Assembly (NCBI GenBank): GCA_010015805.1
Contig: ML978125.1
Location: 1,922,001-1,986,000 of the forward strand
Length of the DNA: 64,000 nt
Reading direction: 5' to 3'
Source of the DNA: Rhizodiscina lignyota
Taxonomy: Eukaryota
Shown here: piece after piece, positions 11,602-23,558 of the stretch
Numbering within the stretch: position 1 is the first letter of the stretch
Layout of the letters: each line of letters opens with the position of its first letter
Notes under the pieces: generated by a model
What the model was told of the DNA's origin: nothing
Database searches by the model: none
Seen by the model: only the letters and a program-made list of their open reading frames with translations
Program-made: the position numbers and the translations under genes

Positions 11602-14600
11602 ATGCCAGTACGACGAAAGGAATTCCGGCGGATGGAGAAAACCGGGCAGACTTCGTACGGACCAAGACGACCGCAAACCATATCGACATCCGCTTTGCGA
11701 AGTTCGGAGGCCACTTCTCAAAATGAAAGGATCGAATCAACCCGCCTCGCTAACAAGATTGATGAGTCCATGGGATTTGAGAGATATGACTCCGGCAAAA
11801 AGCGCATCGGATGGTTATGCAACATGCATAGCACGAGTGTTGAGGACGAAAGGGTACCTGGTGGCCGAGCTGGTGTCGACTTCTACTTCATTGAGGACGA
11901 TGGGGGGACTTTCAAGGCAACGGTTGAATATGATCCTTACTTCTTAATCGCGATCAAAAGGGGGAAAGAGGCTGAAGTCGAAGAGTGGTCCAAGCGAGCA
12001 TTTGAAGGTCTCGTTAAGGCTATCAAGAGAGTGGAAAAGGAAGACTTGAAAATGCCGAACCATCTCCTCGGGTATCGACGAACTCTCCTTCAGCTTTCCT
12101 TTGCCAATGTCAACGATTTGCTCGCAGTGAGAAGAGTCATCATGCCAATTGCCGAGAGGAACAAAAGCAAATTGAATGCCATGGACACGTATGCGGAAGT
12201 TGCTAGTGCAAACGCAGGATTCGACATTTTTGACGAAGATCAAGAGTATGAGAAGCGCTCGAATGGCACTGTTGATGCCAGTGACTTCATTGTCGACATT
12301 CGAGAGTACGATGTGCCATACCACGTCCGTGTTGCGATCGACATGGACATTCGAATTGGAAAATGGTACACGGTCGAAGCGAAACATGGCGTTGTTACCC
12401 TCAGCTGTATCGAGGAGCGACTCCAGCGTGCAGATCCTGTCGTGATGGCATACGATATCGAGACGACAAAGCTTCCGCTCAAGTTCCCAGATGCTGCGAT
12501 CGATCAAGTCATGATGATATCGTACATGATTGATGGACAAGGCTTTCTCATTACCAACCGAGAGATTGTGTCCGAGGATATTGCCGACTTCGAGTACACC
12601 CCAAGGCCAGAATATGAAGGTCAATTCCTGATCTTCAATGAGCCAGACGAGCGCGCAGTCTTGGAACGATTCTTCGAACATATCAAGGAAGCTCGACCTA
12701 CCGTCATGGTCACATACAACGGCGACTTCTTTGACTGGCCCTTTGTTGAAACTCGAGCGAGCATTCTGGGAATCGATATGTACCAGGAAATCGGCTTCCG
12801 TAAGAATAGCGAAGACATCTACCAATCGGATTATTGTGCGCACATGGATGCGTTTGCTTGGGTCAACCGTGACAGCTACCTGCCGCAGGGAAGTCGTGGT
12901 TTGAAGGCCGTGACAGTCGCAAAGCTAGGATACGACCCAGACGAGCTTGATCCTGAGCTGATGACCCCATATGCGAGCGAACGACCGCAAACGCTTGCTG
13001 AGTACTCAGTCTCCGATGCAGTTGCGACTTACTACCTGTACATGAAATACGTTCACCCTTTCATCTTTTCCCTTTGCACCATCATTCCGCTTGGTCCAGA
13101 CGACGTCTTGCGCAAAGGAACTGGAACGCTTTGCGAGATGCTTCTCATGGTGCAAGCATACCAAAAGGAGATTTTGCTTCCAAACAAGCACCAAGCGCCA
13201 AAGGAGTCTTTTTGGGACGGACACCTGCTGGAGTCGGAAACTTACGTAGGCGGACATGTAGAGAGTATTGAAGCAGGAGTGTTTCGAAGCGATATTCCTT
13301 GCAATTTTGCACTGGACACGACTGCGATCGATGAGCTATTGGAAGATCTCGATGCTGCATTGATGTTTAGTATCACTGTGGAAGAAAAGAAGAAGATGGA
13401 AGATGTCGAAAACTACGATGAAGTCAAAGCGCAGATAGCAGAGAAGCTGATGCAACTAAAGACGACGCCAAACAGAAACGAGAAGCCATCGATCTATCAC
13501 TTGGATGTTGCGTCTATGTATCCGAATATCATGACGACCAACCGACTTCAGCCTGACTCTATGATACAAGAGTCTGATTGTGCTGCGTGCGATTTCAACC
13601 GCCCTGGAAAGACTTGCGACAGAAGACTACCGTGGGCGTGGCGCGGAGAGTTTCTCCCTGCCAAGCGAGACGAATACAACATGATCCGACATGCTCTCGA
13701 AAACGAGAACTTTCCAGGGCGATATCCCAACAGTCCTCCCAGAACCTTCCACGAGTTGCCATACGACGAACAAGCCGCTTTCGTCAAGAAGAGATTGCAA
13801 GATTATAGCAAGAAGATCTACCACAAGATTCATGATGCGCGAACGATGGAAAGGGAAGCCATCATCTGCCAGCGAGAGAATCCTTTCTACGTCGATACTG
13901 TCAAGGACTTCCGCGACCGACGATACGACTTCAAGGGCAAGCAGAAAGTGTGGAAAGGAAAGACAGAAGCGCTAAAAGCTGGTGGAGCAAGCGCTGCCGA
14001 AATCGATGAAGCAAAAAAGATGATTGTTCTGTTTGATTCACTACAGCTTGCTCACAAGGTCATTCTAAACTCATTCTACGGCTACGTGATGCGGAAAGGA
14101 TCGCGGTGGTATTCCATGGAGATGGCAGGTGTTACGTGTCTAACTGGCGCTCGAATCATCCAGATGGCTCGACAGCTTGTGGAGCGGATCGGCAGACCTC
14201 TGGAATTGGATACTGATGGTATCTGGTGTATTCTTCCAGCCACCTTCCCTGAGAATTTTGCGTTCAAGCTGAAGAATGGCAAGAAGATGGCTATTTCTTA
14301 CCCCTGCGTCATGTTGAACCATCTGGTACACGCTAAATTCACAAACCATCAATACCAGACGCTTGTGGATCCTGCAACATTCCGCTACGAAACTCACAGC
14401 GACAACACGATCTTCTTCGAAGTGGACGGACCGTACAAGGCCATGATTCTGCCAACCAGCAAAGAGGAAGACAAGAATCTGAAGAAGAGATATGCAGTGT
14501 TCAATCATGATGGCAGTTTGGCAGAGCTGAAAGGGTTTGAGGTGAAGAGAAGAGGTGAACTGAAGCTCATCAAAATCTTTCAGACTCAAATCTTCAAGTT

Positions 14601-17600
14601 CTTTCTTGAAGGCTCAACTCTCGCGGATTGCTACGCGAGCGTTGCAAGAGTCGCAGATCAATGGCTTGATGTGCTTCACCAGCACGGTTCAACGCTTGCT
14701 GATGAAGAACTTATCGATCTGATTTGTGAGAACAAGAGCATGGCGAAGACGCTGGAGGAGTACGGGACACAGAAATCGACAGCCATCACGACAGCAAAAC
14801 GCCTAGCAGAGTTCTTGGGAGAACAGATGATCAAAGACAAGGGGCTTAACTGCAAATACATCATCTCGTCCAGACCAAGAAATGCTCCTGTTACCGAGCG
14901 AGCGATTCCTGTTGCGATCTTCTCGGCTGAGGATCAGGTCAAACGGCACTTCCTGCGAAAATGGCTTCGAGAAGATCCTAGTGATATGGACCCTCGAACT
15001 ATCATTGACTGGGAATATTACCTTGAGCGTCTTGGATCTGTGATCCAGAAACTGATCACGATTCCTGCAGCACTGCAGAAGGTTCGCAACCCAGTTCCAC
15101 GCGTAGCACATCCAGAATGGCTCGAGAGGCGGGTCCGGCAGAAAGACGATGTCTTCAAGCAGAAGAAGATGACAGATATGTTCGAGACAAAGAAGATGCT
15201 TGCAGATATCGAGCCCAACACCGTAGCCAACCGTATGGGCGATCTGGAAGACTTCGGCTCGTCCCAGCTGAAGAAGCCGGTGAAGAATGGGACGGTGACG
15301 AAGATGGTGCAGAAACGCAAGGCCCCAGAGGCCGCTGTACCTGCTCAGGTTGACCCATATGCTGCTTTACCTGCGAAGATGCCATCAATAACGGAGGACT
15401 ACCCAGGCTGGCTGCAATATCAAAAGAAGAAGTGGAAGATCCAAAAGCAAGCCCGGATCAGACGCCGCCAACTATTCGGTGAAAAGCGAACCGATGCGGC
15501 TGATGCGATAGGCACTTTCTTCCGCAACCAAGCCGAGCTCCAGTACATCAGTACTTGGCAGCTACTGCAGCTAAGAGAGAGCGAAGTCCTTGGAGAAGTC
15601 CGAGCATTCGTGCTCATCGGCAAGAAAATCCATGCACTCAAATTCATTATCCCAAGAGTCCTGTATGTCAACGTCAAAGAGGAGGAGCTTCCCGATATCA
15701 AGGAGATCGAGGGATGCAAGGTGGAAAAGGTAGTTGGACATACACTCCCGAACGGACACCCATCGGTCCACCTATTCAAAATGACGATGCCGGAACAGAC
15801 ATTCGTTGGCGAATCACAGAAGCTGGGTTTACTGTTCAATCACCCCAGTGTAGAGGGCGTGTACGAAAAGCAGATGCCGCTGAACATTCGTGCTGTCCTG
15901 GAGCTTGGCAGTACCTGCACATTCGACGAGAAGCAGAAAGGAGTGCTCGGCAAGGGATTAGAGCAAGGATTCGACCTCTCCACTCTTCGGAAGGTTCCTG
16001 CTCGCCAGCCTTACCTGGAGGGCGTAGAGATGGGATACCTTTACCTATACCACTTGATCACAGCAAGCGATCGATCTGGAGAGAGAGAGGTCTTTGTGCT
16101 GATATCGCCATTCACGAACAATGCACAAATGATTCTGCTCAGTCCGACGCGAGAGGAACAGAGCTGGCCAAATGTTGACAGGATATACGAAAAGGAGTTC
16201 TCGGATCGGCTTGAGAAAAACGGTGGTGACCAATGGCAGCCTGGTATCGAGTATCAGTCCAGCGTCAATTTCAAGAGAACGCAGCACATCTCGCGACGGA
16301 AAGCGCTCGAGGAGCTCTCACTGGCCATTAAAAAGATGAGAAATGAAGAGAAGGAGAAACCGCTGCTGCTTGTGCTACAGTCTCAGCATCATCGGATGTT
16401 GCCGCACGAAGTTCCCATCATGAAAGAGTTTCCCATCATTCCGCTTAAGCCTGATGAGGCGAGTGGACAGCGACTCGGCCTGCAATGGCGAGAGTCCGTT
16501 TCTAAGCGGATGGTCAATCACTATCTCAATTTTGGCTCATGGATTTCACATCTCACGGACCTTGCTCGATATGGCGACATCCCCCTTTGCAACCTGGAGA
16601 CGCACGACCCGCGATTCTTGATAGACGTTGCGTATGCTCGGCGACTGCAGAAGGAGAAAGTGGTGCTATGGTGGTCTGCTGGGCCGAAGCCCGACCATGC
16701 TGGTCATGAAAAGGACGATGTTCTCAGCCCACTAGAGACTGTCGAAATGCCATCGGTGAACACTCCAGGAACTTATTCTTCTGTCTGTATAGACTTGAGC
16801 ATCCGCAATCTCGCCATCAACACAATCCTCGCATCTGCCTTGATAAACGAGGCAGAAGGCAGCGACTCCATCTCGTTCAATCCTGCTGCTCCAACGGAGA
16901 ATGGTGAGGACGAAGGCTCGCAAATCATCTACTCTGAGAAGGCCTTTGCGACAGCTGGCATCGCGGTGCTTCGTGAAATGGTCAAAGCCTGGTGGTCGGA
17001 AGCCTGCAATGACAACCAGATGGCGGATGTTATGGTCCAGCATCTAGTACGATGGGTGGAGAATCCTGGCTCCTTCCTGTACGACCGAGCTTTGCACTAC
17101 TACGTTCAGATGATGTCGAGGAAAGCTCTTCAGCAGCTTATGACCGATTTCCGGCGTGTTGGCTCAAATGTCGTGTTTGCTAGCGCACATAGGCTGCTAC
17201 TCCAGACCACGAAGGCTGAAGTCGGAAACGCGTTCGCTTATACTGAGTACATCCTGAAGGCTGTCAAAGCAAAGCCACTGTTCAGCTTTCTGGAGCTCGA
17301 CATCAGAGAATACTGGGACTACCTTGCGTGGTCCGACGAGCACAACTACGGCGGTAAGGCAACCGAAAAAGTCGTAGAGCAAGAGAATCAGCAACTCAAC
17401 CTCGTCATGTGCTGGCAGCTGCAAACATTCTTGCCGAAGCACTTGCAGGAACCCTTCCACAATTGGATCGTCGAGTTCATCGAGCTGATGCACGCCCGGA
17501 AGAGGCCTGCTGTCGTCCCAGGACCAGATGGGTCGACGGCACCTCGAGTGACACAGCTGCCATTTAAGTCACTGACGGAAGACCCGGAATCAACAACACC

Positions 17601-18324
17601 CACGAACCATCTAACTAAGAGCTTCACGAAGCCATTGCTCAAGCAGCTATCCAGCTTGATAAAGCAGCATAGCACTGAGAGTTTGCAAGAAATGTTCCAA
17701 CTAGATTGGACGTTTCCAATGCTGGCGGGTGGCCAGGTTTCTGGCACAAATCCGGTGTTGCAGCTCGCGAAGAGCATCATCCACGTCCTCTCCCTTGACA
17801 GAAGCATTAGTCTCGAAGTACGACTTCTTAGACGCGATATGCTGGCTCTCTGCGACATCAAAGAATTTGCCCCTGAAGCTTCCTGGATCAATCCAAGTGC
17901 CAGCCTTAAGATTGAGGGGCTTGTCTGCGAAGAGTGCTGCGCCGTCCGCGATCTGGATCTCTGTCGCGACGGAGATGTAATACCGCCTCCAAAGTACGAT
18001 GAGAGGAGTGACAACGTACCACGACCAGCCTGGAAATGTCTTGCGTGCCACGCGGCCTATGATAAGCGGCGCGTGGAGGAGAAATTGATTGCGGAGGCAG
18101 AGAAATTGGTGGTTAAATGGACGACGCAGGATTTGAAATGTGCGAAGTGCGCAAAACTAAGGGTGAATGAGTTCATGGAGCATTGTGCCTGCGCAGGGCT
18201 GTGGGTGGAAACGGTCAACAAGCATGATGTGCGGAAGAGGCTTGATGTCTTTGCGAGGGTTGCGGAGGCGCATCAGTTGCGTATTTTGGGACTTGTAGCG
18301 GAGGATATGAAAGAGGGATTATGA
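11602..18324 (+). CDS. POL2: DNA polymerase epsilon catalytic subunit; single 2240-codon ORF
   Basis: Exonuclease motif AYDIETTKLPLKFPD, polymerase motifs YHLDVASMYPNIM, KVILNSFYGY and PLELDTDGIW, and C-terminal CysA/CysB. Confidence 0.99.
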   Translation: MPVRRKEFRRMEKTGQTSYGPRRPQTISTSALRSSEATSQNERIESTRLANKIDESMGFERYDSGKKRIGWLCNMHSTSVEDERVPGGRAGVDFYFIEDDGGTFKATVEYDPYFLIAIKRGKEAEVEEWSKRAFEGLVKAIKRVEKEDLKMPNHLLGYRRTLLQLSFANVNDLLAVRRVIMPIAERNKSKLNAMDTYAEVASANAGFDIFDEDQEYEKRSNGTVDASDFIVDIREYDVPYHVRVAIDMDIRIGKWYTVEAKHGVVTLSCIEERLQRADPVVMAYDIETTKLPLKFPDAAIDQVMMISYMIDGQGFLITNREIVSEDIADFEYTPRPEYEGQFLIFNEPDERAVLERFFEHIKEARPTVMVTYNGDFFDWPFVETRASILGIDMYQEIGFRKNSEDIYQSDYCAHMDAFAWVNRDSYLPQGSRGLKAVTVAKLGYDPDELDPELMTPYASERPQTLAEYSVSDAVATYYLYMKYVHPFIFSLCTIIPLGPDDVLRKGTGTLCEMLLMVQAYQKEILLPNKHQAPKESFWDGHLLESETYVGGHVESIEAGVFRSDIPCNFALDTTAIDELLEDLDAALMFSITVEEKKKMEDVENYDEVKAQIAEKLMQLKTTPNRNEKPSIYHLDVASMYPNIMTTNRLQPDSMIQESDCAACDFNRPGKTCDRRLPWAWRGEFLPAKRDEYNMIRHALENENFPGRYPNSPPRTFHELPYDEQAAFVKKRLQDYSKKIYHKIHDARTMEREAIICQRENPFYVDTVKDFRDRRYDFKGKQKVWKGKTEALKAGGASAAEIDEAKKMIVLFDSLQLAHKVILNSFYGYVMRKGSRWYSMEMAGVTCLTGARIIQMARQLVERIGRPLELDTDGIWCILPATFPENFAFKLKNGKKMAISYPCVMLNHLVHAKFTNHQYQTLVDPATFRYETHSDNTIFFEVDGPYKAMILPTSKEEDKNLKKRYAVFNHDGSLAELKGFEVKRRGELKLIKIFQTQIFKFFLEGSTLADCYASVARVADQWLDVLHQHGSTLADEELIDLICENKSMAKTLEEYGTQKSTAITTAKRLAEFLGEQMIKDKGLNCKYIISSRPRNAPVTERAIPVAIFSAEDQVKRHFLRKWLREDPSDMDPRTIIDWEYYLERLGSVIQKLITIPAALQKVRNPVPRVAHPEWLERRVRQKDDVFKQKKMTDMFETKKMLADIEPNTVANRMGDLEDFGSSQLKKPVKNGTVTKMVQKRKAPEAAVPAQVDPYAALPAKMPSITEDYPGWLQYQKKKWKIQKQARIRRRQLFGEKRTDAADAIGTFFRNQAELQYISTWQLLQLRESEVLGEVRAFVLIGKKIHALKFIIPRVLYVNVKEEELPDIKEIEGCKVEKVVGHTLPNGHPSVHLFKMTMPEQTFVGESQKLGLLFNHPSVEGVYEKQMPLNIRAVLELGSTCTFDEKQKGVLGKGLEQGFDLSTLRKVPARQPYLEGVEMGYLYLYHLITASDRSGEREVFVLISPFTNNAQMILLSPTREEQSWPNVDRIYEKEFSDRLEKNGGDQWQPGIEYQSSVNFKRTQHISRRKALEELSLAIKKMRNEEKEKPLLLVLQSQHHRMLPHEVPIMKEFPIIPLKPDEASGQRLGLQWRESVSKRMVNHYLNFGSWISHLTDLARYGDIPLCNLETHDPRFLIDVAYARRLQKEKVVLWWSAGPKPDHAGHEKDDVLSPLETVEMPSVNTPGTYSSVCIDLSIRNLAINTILASALINEAEGSDSISFNPAAPTENGEDEGSQIIYSEKAFATAGIAVLREMVKAWWSEACNDNQMADVMVQHLVRWVENPGSFLYDRALHYYVQMMSRKALQQLMTDFRRVGSNVVFASAHRLLLQTTKAEVGNAFAYTEYILKAVKAKPLFSFLELDIREYWDYLAWSDEHNYGGKATEKVVEQENQQLNLVMCWQLQTFLPKHLQEPFHNWIVEFIELMHARKRPAVVPGPDGSTAPRVTQLPFKSLTEDPESTTPTNHLTKSFTKPLLKQLSSLIKQHSTESLQEMFQLDWTFPMLAGGQVSGTNPVLQLAKSIIHVLSLDRSISLEVRLLRRDMLALCDIKEFAPEASWINPSASLKIEGLVCEECCAVRDLDLCRDGDVIPPPKYDERSDNVPRPAWKCLACHAAYDKRRVEEKLIAEAEKLVVKWTTQDLKCAKCAKLRVNEFMEHCACAGLWVETVNKHDVRKRLDVFARVAEAHQLRILGLVAEDMKEGL

Positions 18325-18670
18325 AAAACGAAGTGCAGTAGGTAATGCATAACATGAGAGGCATACGGGGGTTGGAGACCATTGCATTCCAAATCAGCGT
18401 ACTGAGCATAATAGGTGTTGGTCTGCGCATCTGTTTAGAGACATCAATATGATGCTTTTCCCTTCATATCCCCAGGAGTTCTCACTTAGGAATCGATCAC
18501 CAACAACTTAACAAATGCATGATTTCAACGAAGAATAGATAAGCAATAATTTGGGGTATCTTAATGTCCAGATCTGCGCCCGTTTCTTTTTAAAATGCTT
18601 CCGTTCAGTTGTCCACTACGCCTCCAGCCATGCATCAATACCAGTCAATAAAAAGGGTTCAAATCCACAC

Positions 18671-19501
18671 CTAGAGACTACAGTGAGAGTCATGCTCCGC
18701 TTTATGGACCAAGCTGCAGACGCGTCCGCCACACTTCAAACACTTCACATCTCCCCAATATCCACAGACGTCGCAAAAGTGCCTTCGCAGTGAAGCGTAG
18801 TGCGAAGCTGGCGCCGCTCTCGCTGCGTTGTAGGAGAGGGGAGGCGCGGTGATGAGGCGCAAAAGCTCATCTTGTGAAGGAAGTGGTGGTATAGATGTAG
18901 CGAGCAATGGATTGACGTCGAATTCTGATGGCTCTACGGCATTCGTGGTAGTGGTAGGAGGTACCGTGTCCGGCGCAGCAGACTTGATATGAGAAGTGTT
19001 CACCGGGCCTGCTTTTCGCTTCTTGGGCGGTGGCGGTTGAGGTATCGCGTATGATGGAGCAATCTGTGGTCCCGCATAAGAAGTAGAAGATCCACCTTGC
19101 TCAGACTGTTTGCTGAGATGAGCTACCTCGTCCTCCAGGTGGTGTTTGAAAGCTTTGTCGCTTAGGAGGATCTTCCTCACTCCGGTGGTCTGTTTCTTGC
19201 TTGGCTTGTCGTCCCCTGCCTTCTTCGGTATTGCTATTGCTACCTCTTTCCGGTCGTACCTGTTCTCACTGTTCAGGTGTTCAAGACGCTGTCGGATCTC
19301 GCGTTCTTTCCTTGAGCTTAGCACATCTCCTGAGACAGCGACATTCTCGAAGCGCGTGGAGCGTTTCCCTCTTATGCTGGCAGTAGGGTTGAGGGGCGCT
19401 TTCGAGGGGTCGATGTAGTTGCTGTCGGGAACCAGGGCCCAGCCGGGGGTCGGGCGCACGGCGCTGGGGCCGGTAGTGGGCAGCTCTTCAATTTGGGGCA
19501 T
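18671..19501 (-). CDS. VPS71: SWR1 complex subunit Vps71/Swc6 (zinc-finger HIT)
   Basis: First ATG gives MPQIEELP; PGWALVPD, VRKILLSDKAFKHHLEDE, PPLSYNAARA and the HIT finger RHFCDVCGYWGDVKCLKCGGRVCSLVHKAEH. Confidence 0.88.
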   Translation of the reverse strand: MPQIEELPTTGPSAVRPTPGWALVPDSNYIDPSKAPLNPTASIRGKRSTRFENVAVSGDVLSSRKEREIRQRLEHLNSENRYDRKEVAIAIPKKAGDDKPSKKQTTGVRKILLSDKAFKHHLEDEVAHLSKQSEQGGSSTSYAGPQIAPSYAIPQPPPPKKRKAGPVNTSHIKSAAPDTVPPTTTTNAVEPSEFDVNPLLATSIPPLPSQDELLRLITAPPLSYNAARAAPASHYASLRRHFCDVCGYWGDVKCLKCGGRVCSLVHKAEHDSHCSL

Positions 19502-19771
19502 GTCGCGCTGAGGCTGAAAGGCGAGTGATATAAGTAGCAGAGGCGCCGGAAACCATAGCTCGGCTGATGGGCGGGGGCCAGGAACTCCGCCCGTGTCAGA
19601 CGAGATACGAGAGGGCGGCAAGAGTGTTTGATAGCGTGGATAGCAAGGCCCCGTAAGAGCTAGGACGCCGACCCATGCCAAGCCGTGCCTTCATTTTATG
19701 TTGCGCCTACTTATAATAAGCTTACCGACGCGACGCCGCTCCTGAAAATGTGAGTAGAATTTCTGGCCGCG

Positions 19772-22765
19772 ATGGAAGAAGACTTCGAAGAGCTGCGGAC
19801 CGTCATCAGGACCTTCCCGGTCATCGACAACCACGCGCACAACCTTCTGGTGCCTGCTGAGCTTGAGAGCGAGCCTTTCGAGTCCATCACCACCGAGGCA
19901 CGTGGATGGGCGCTTGAGGACACGCACACCTCTTTATCTCACATTCGCGCGGCGAAACAGCTCAGGGAGCTCTACGGATGCGATCGCGACGCAGATTGGG
20001 CCTCTGTGCTCAAGAAGCGCGCAGAATGGCTCCAGCAACGGCCCGAGGAGCTGATCCGAAAGTGCCTCGAGGGTACGTACTCGATTTTGATGGACGACGG
20101 CTTGGGTGGAATCGCGACTAAGTGCCATCCTTACGAATGGCATGACAAGTTCACCACCAATCACTGCAAGCGCATCGTCCGTATTGAGACTCTCGCCGAG
20201 GACATCATGGAGAGTGCTCTTAAGGAAGCTACTGAGGAGATGATCTCCGAAAAGTTCCTTGCCGGAATTTGGGTCATCTTTACCAAAGCGTTCGAGGAAG
20301 CAATCCAGGATGCTATTCACGATCCAACTGTTGCCGGATTCAAAAGCGTAGTCTGCTACAGGACGGGCCTGGATGTGCAGCACGACTACGAGGAATGTCT
20401 CATGCGAGTCGGCAAATCTTTTGAACGTTATGCCTCCAAGTGCATCATGAAGGGGGAATATCGGATCAAGAGCAAGTCTGTCAACGACTTCGTTGTGGTC
20501 AAAACGCTGGAGCTGCTCTCTACCACTGCACACCCTGGCGAGACATCGAAGCCGCTCCAATTTCACACCGGCCTTGGAGACAATGATATTGACCTGGATC
20601 GAGCCAATCCCGCATATCTCCAACCACTAATCGAAGTTTATACTAATGTTCCTTTTGTTATCTTGCATTCAGCTTACCCTTACACCCGCGAGGCGGGCTA
20701 CCTGGCAACGGTGTTCAAGCACGTCTATCTTGATGTCGGCGAGGTTTTCCCAATGGTCAGCAGGGACGGGCAGACATCCATTGTCCGCCAGTCTCTAGAA
20801 TTGGCACCGTACAGCAAGCTGCTTTGGTCTACTGATGGGCACTTCTTTCCGGAGACATACTGGCTGGCGAATAAACAATTCCGCGAAATCCTTGAATCGG
20901 TGAGTTCAATTTGTCTTGTCTCTTGTCACATAAAAAATCAACAGCCTACATTCCTTGCAATTGAATGCAGTGAGCCGATTTGTAAGCGAGTGAAACTACA
21001 TAATCCCATTTGTGCTAAATGTGTCATTTTCGATGCATACTATGGCAAAATCCCCCTCCTGAATTTCTCTACATCCATGCACCGTGGAAACTATATTGCC
21101 TGAAGCAGGGCCTGATCAATACGATGTTTAGGTCCTTCTCGAGTACATTCATAACGACGATTTGTCCATTACTCAGGCTATCGAATTGACAAAAGCGATA
21201 CTCTTCGAAAACTCCAACAGGTTGTACCGCCTCAACTTTTTCCCTCCCGGTCGACGATCCTCTGCAGTTTCACTCCCTTCGAGGCCGCTCATGTCTGCTC
21301 TATCGGCTCAGGCACCTCCATTCCCCGCCCCTGGAACATCAAAGTCTCTGTACGATCCCACTGTCCTTTCAGCATTCGTCCGTGGCCGTGGTACCAAATT
21401 CGTATATGTGCAATGGTATGACTACATGGGTACAATGCGCACACGAATCTTTCCTATAGCCGAGTTCTCCCGAATTATCCGCAATGGCTCTAGAATCGGT
21501 ATGTCTCGCGGAAACGCGGGCACCCTGCAGAACGACCATACAACTCCAGCGGTCAGTACTACGGGAGCAATCAACGTCGAACCTGATCTGCGTTCGTTAC
21601 GTCCGACTATAGCAAACGATCCACTGGCACCTTCAGCAACGGTTATGGCTTATTGGCGTGACGAAGAGGGGAGACCCGCCGTGGAAGACCCGCGCAACGG
21701 GCTTGAATTGCTTCTTGAACGGCTGAAAGACGAATACAAAACGCGCCTCCTCATCGGATTTGAGGTGGAAGTCACATTTCTACGCCGCAACCCCGAGAAT
21801 TTACAGTCGCCGTATCTACCGCTCACAACGAATCACGCTTGGGGAACGCTCACTCCGGACCAGTATACCAATGCCCTTCCTTTGTTGGCAGAAATCACAG
21901 AGGCGTTGTCCTCGGTTGGTATCACCATTCAGCAGTTCCACTCTGAATCCGGCCTCGGCCAGTATGAGTTCGCCCTGCCACCACTCGATCCACTTGTAGC
22001 AATTGACACTCTCATGCAAACTCGCCAAATCATTGCACGAGTCGCGGAGAGTAAAGGCCTCCGAGCAACACTTCACCCCAGTCCATTCTCAGGTATTGGC
22101 ACTGCAGCACATGCGCACATTAGCTTGAACCCGATAGGACCTCTCCCGGCGATCCCGGAGAAGATTGAGACGGGATTTTGGGCAGGCGTTCTGAACCATC
22201 TTGAGGCAATCTGTGGCTTTACCCTTCCTGAACTGGAGAGCTACAAGCGCGTTGTGGACGATGGTTGGACGGGAGGAACTTGGATCTGCTGGGGCACGCA
22301 GAACAGAGAGACGCCGCTGAGGAAGATAACGAATGGACGGTGGGAGGTGAGGTGTATCGACGGATGTGCCAACATGTATTTGGCCATCAGCGCAATCATT
22401 GGTGCAGGCCTCATCGGACTTAAGAAGGGCTTCGGGCATGCTTTCCTTGGTCGTGACTGCGAATGTGAGTTTCCATCTCGGCTCTGCCGCTTTGTCCTGA
22501 GCGTTCCTTTTGAGTTTGCTAACCCACGTGAGTAGATAATCCTGCGCGGATGACAGAAGATCAAAGACGCGAGTACGGCATCGAACGGCGTATGCCAGCC
22601 AGCCTCGAAGCCGCTCTCTTCGCCTTGGAAAATGACCAGGAACTCTCCAATGTACTGGCGCAGAACGTTGCGGAGAATTATGTATCCATGAAGCGGGAGG
22701 AGCAGCGCATGCTCAGCGGCATGTCAGAGGCGGGACGCAGGATCTGGCTCATCGAGAGATACTGA
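19772..22765 (+). CDS. fluG: FluG-like protein (amidohydrolase plus type I glutamine synthetase-like domain); exons 19772..20899, 21132..22464, 22536..22765
   Basis: IDNHAHNL, QFHTGLGDND, LHSAYPY and WSTDGH; GS-like GFEVEV, ESGLGQYE, AHAHIS, WGTQNRETPLR and WEVRCIDG; ends WLIERY. Confidence 0.9.
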
Positions 22766-23558
22766 TCGATGTCCCTTGTACACATACATTTGTCTTCTTG
22801 TATTCCGTTGCGGTACCATAGAAACCTGTATACCGCTAGCCTGATTCAGTACCTTTCTCATTCCTGACTCCTGAAATGTTCGGAATCATTCCGGAACGGA
22901 ATAATGGCGTTCTTCCCTAAGGATCATGGCCAAGTTATCTTTCGGTTATTGCTATTGGATCGACGTAAAATAGTTCTGGACAGTCGAAATTGACAAATCT
23001 CTGCGACTCTGATAACATCGCTTAGGCATAATTGGCAAGACTCAAAACATGTTTAAGTCTAACGGTGGCGCCCTCAGGTTCTCACTTGTTGGCGCAACGA
23101 CCTACCTCATATAACAAGTCATGACGGCTGTGTCAGCAACACGAGCCTCCCAGCCTTTGCCAAGTTCTTCGTTTCAGTCCATCGCTGCTCTGCTGAGGCT
23201 CGGCATGGTCACCTTATTCCAGCTGCTGCTTACGTTAGCCGACTAACGAGATAGGCTAAGAGCGCGGCGAAGTAATCCTGGCATCTTCCAACAGGCACCA
23301 GCGTGCCCAGTATCCAGAAGTTTGGGAGCCTCCTTGTCTAAGCTTGCCTTTTTGGTCTAGCCTTCCGTCCAGAGCCAGAGCTTCAGCTGGCGGCGGCCGC
23401 TGATAGTAGAGCAGTGGTAACCTCAGGCGGGCGACATGTATAAGTAAAGCGAGACCGACGCGTCTTGCTTACAGGTAATCTAGAAATTGGACATCTCTTC
23501 ACTCTCACGTTCATTTTATCTTCCATTCATCTCTCGTTCATTTCAATTCAAAATTGCC

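Noticed and set aside
11602..18324. Intein or hidden in-frame intron in POL2, and its many antisense ORFs
   Set aside because: Length and motif spacing are normal for Pol2; the antisense ORFs are shadows of codon bias.
19502..19681. N-terminal extension of VPS71 in the ORF track
   Set aside because: It starts at a non-ATG codon in the shared promoter; the first ATG is at 19501.
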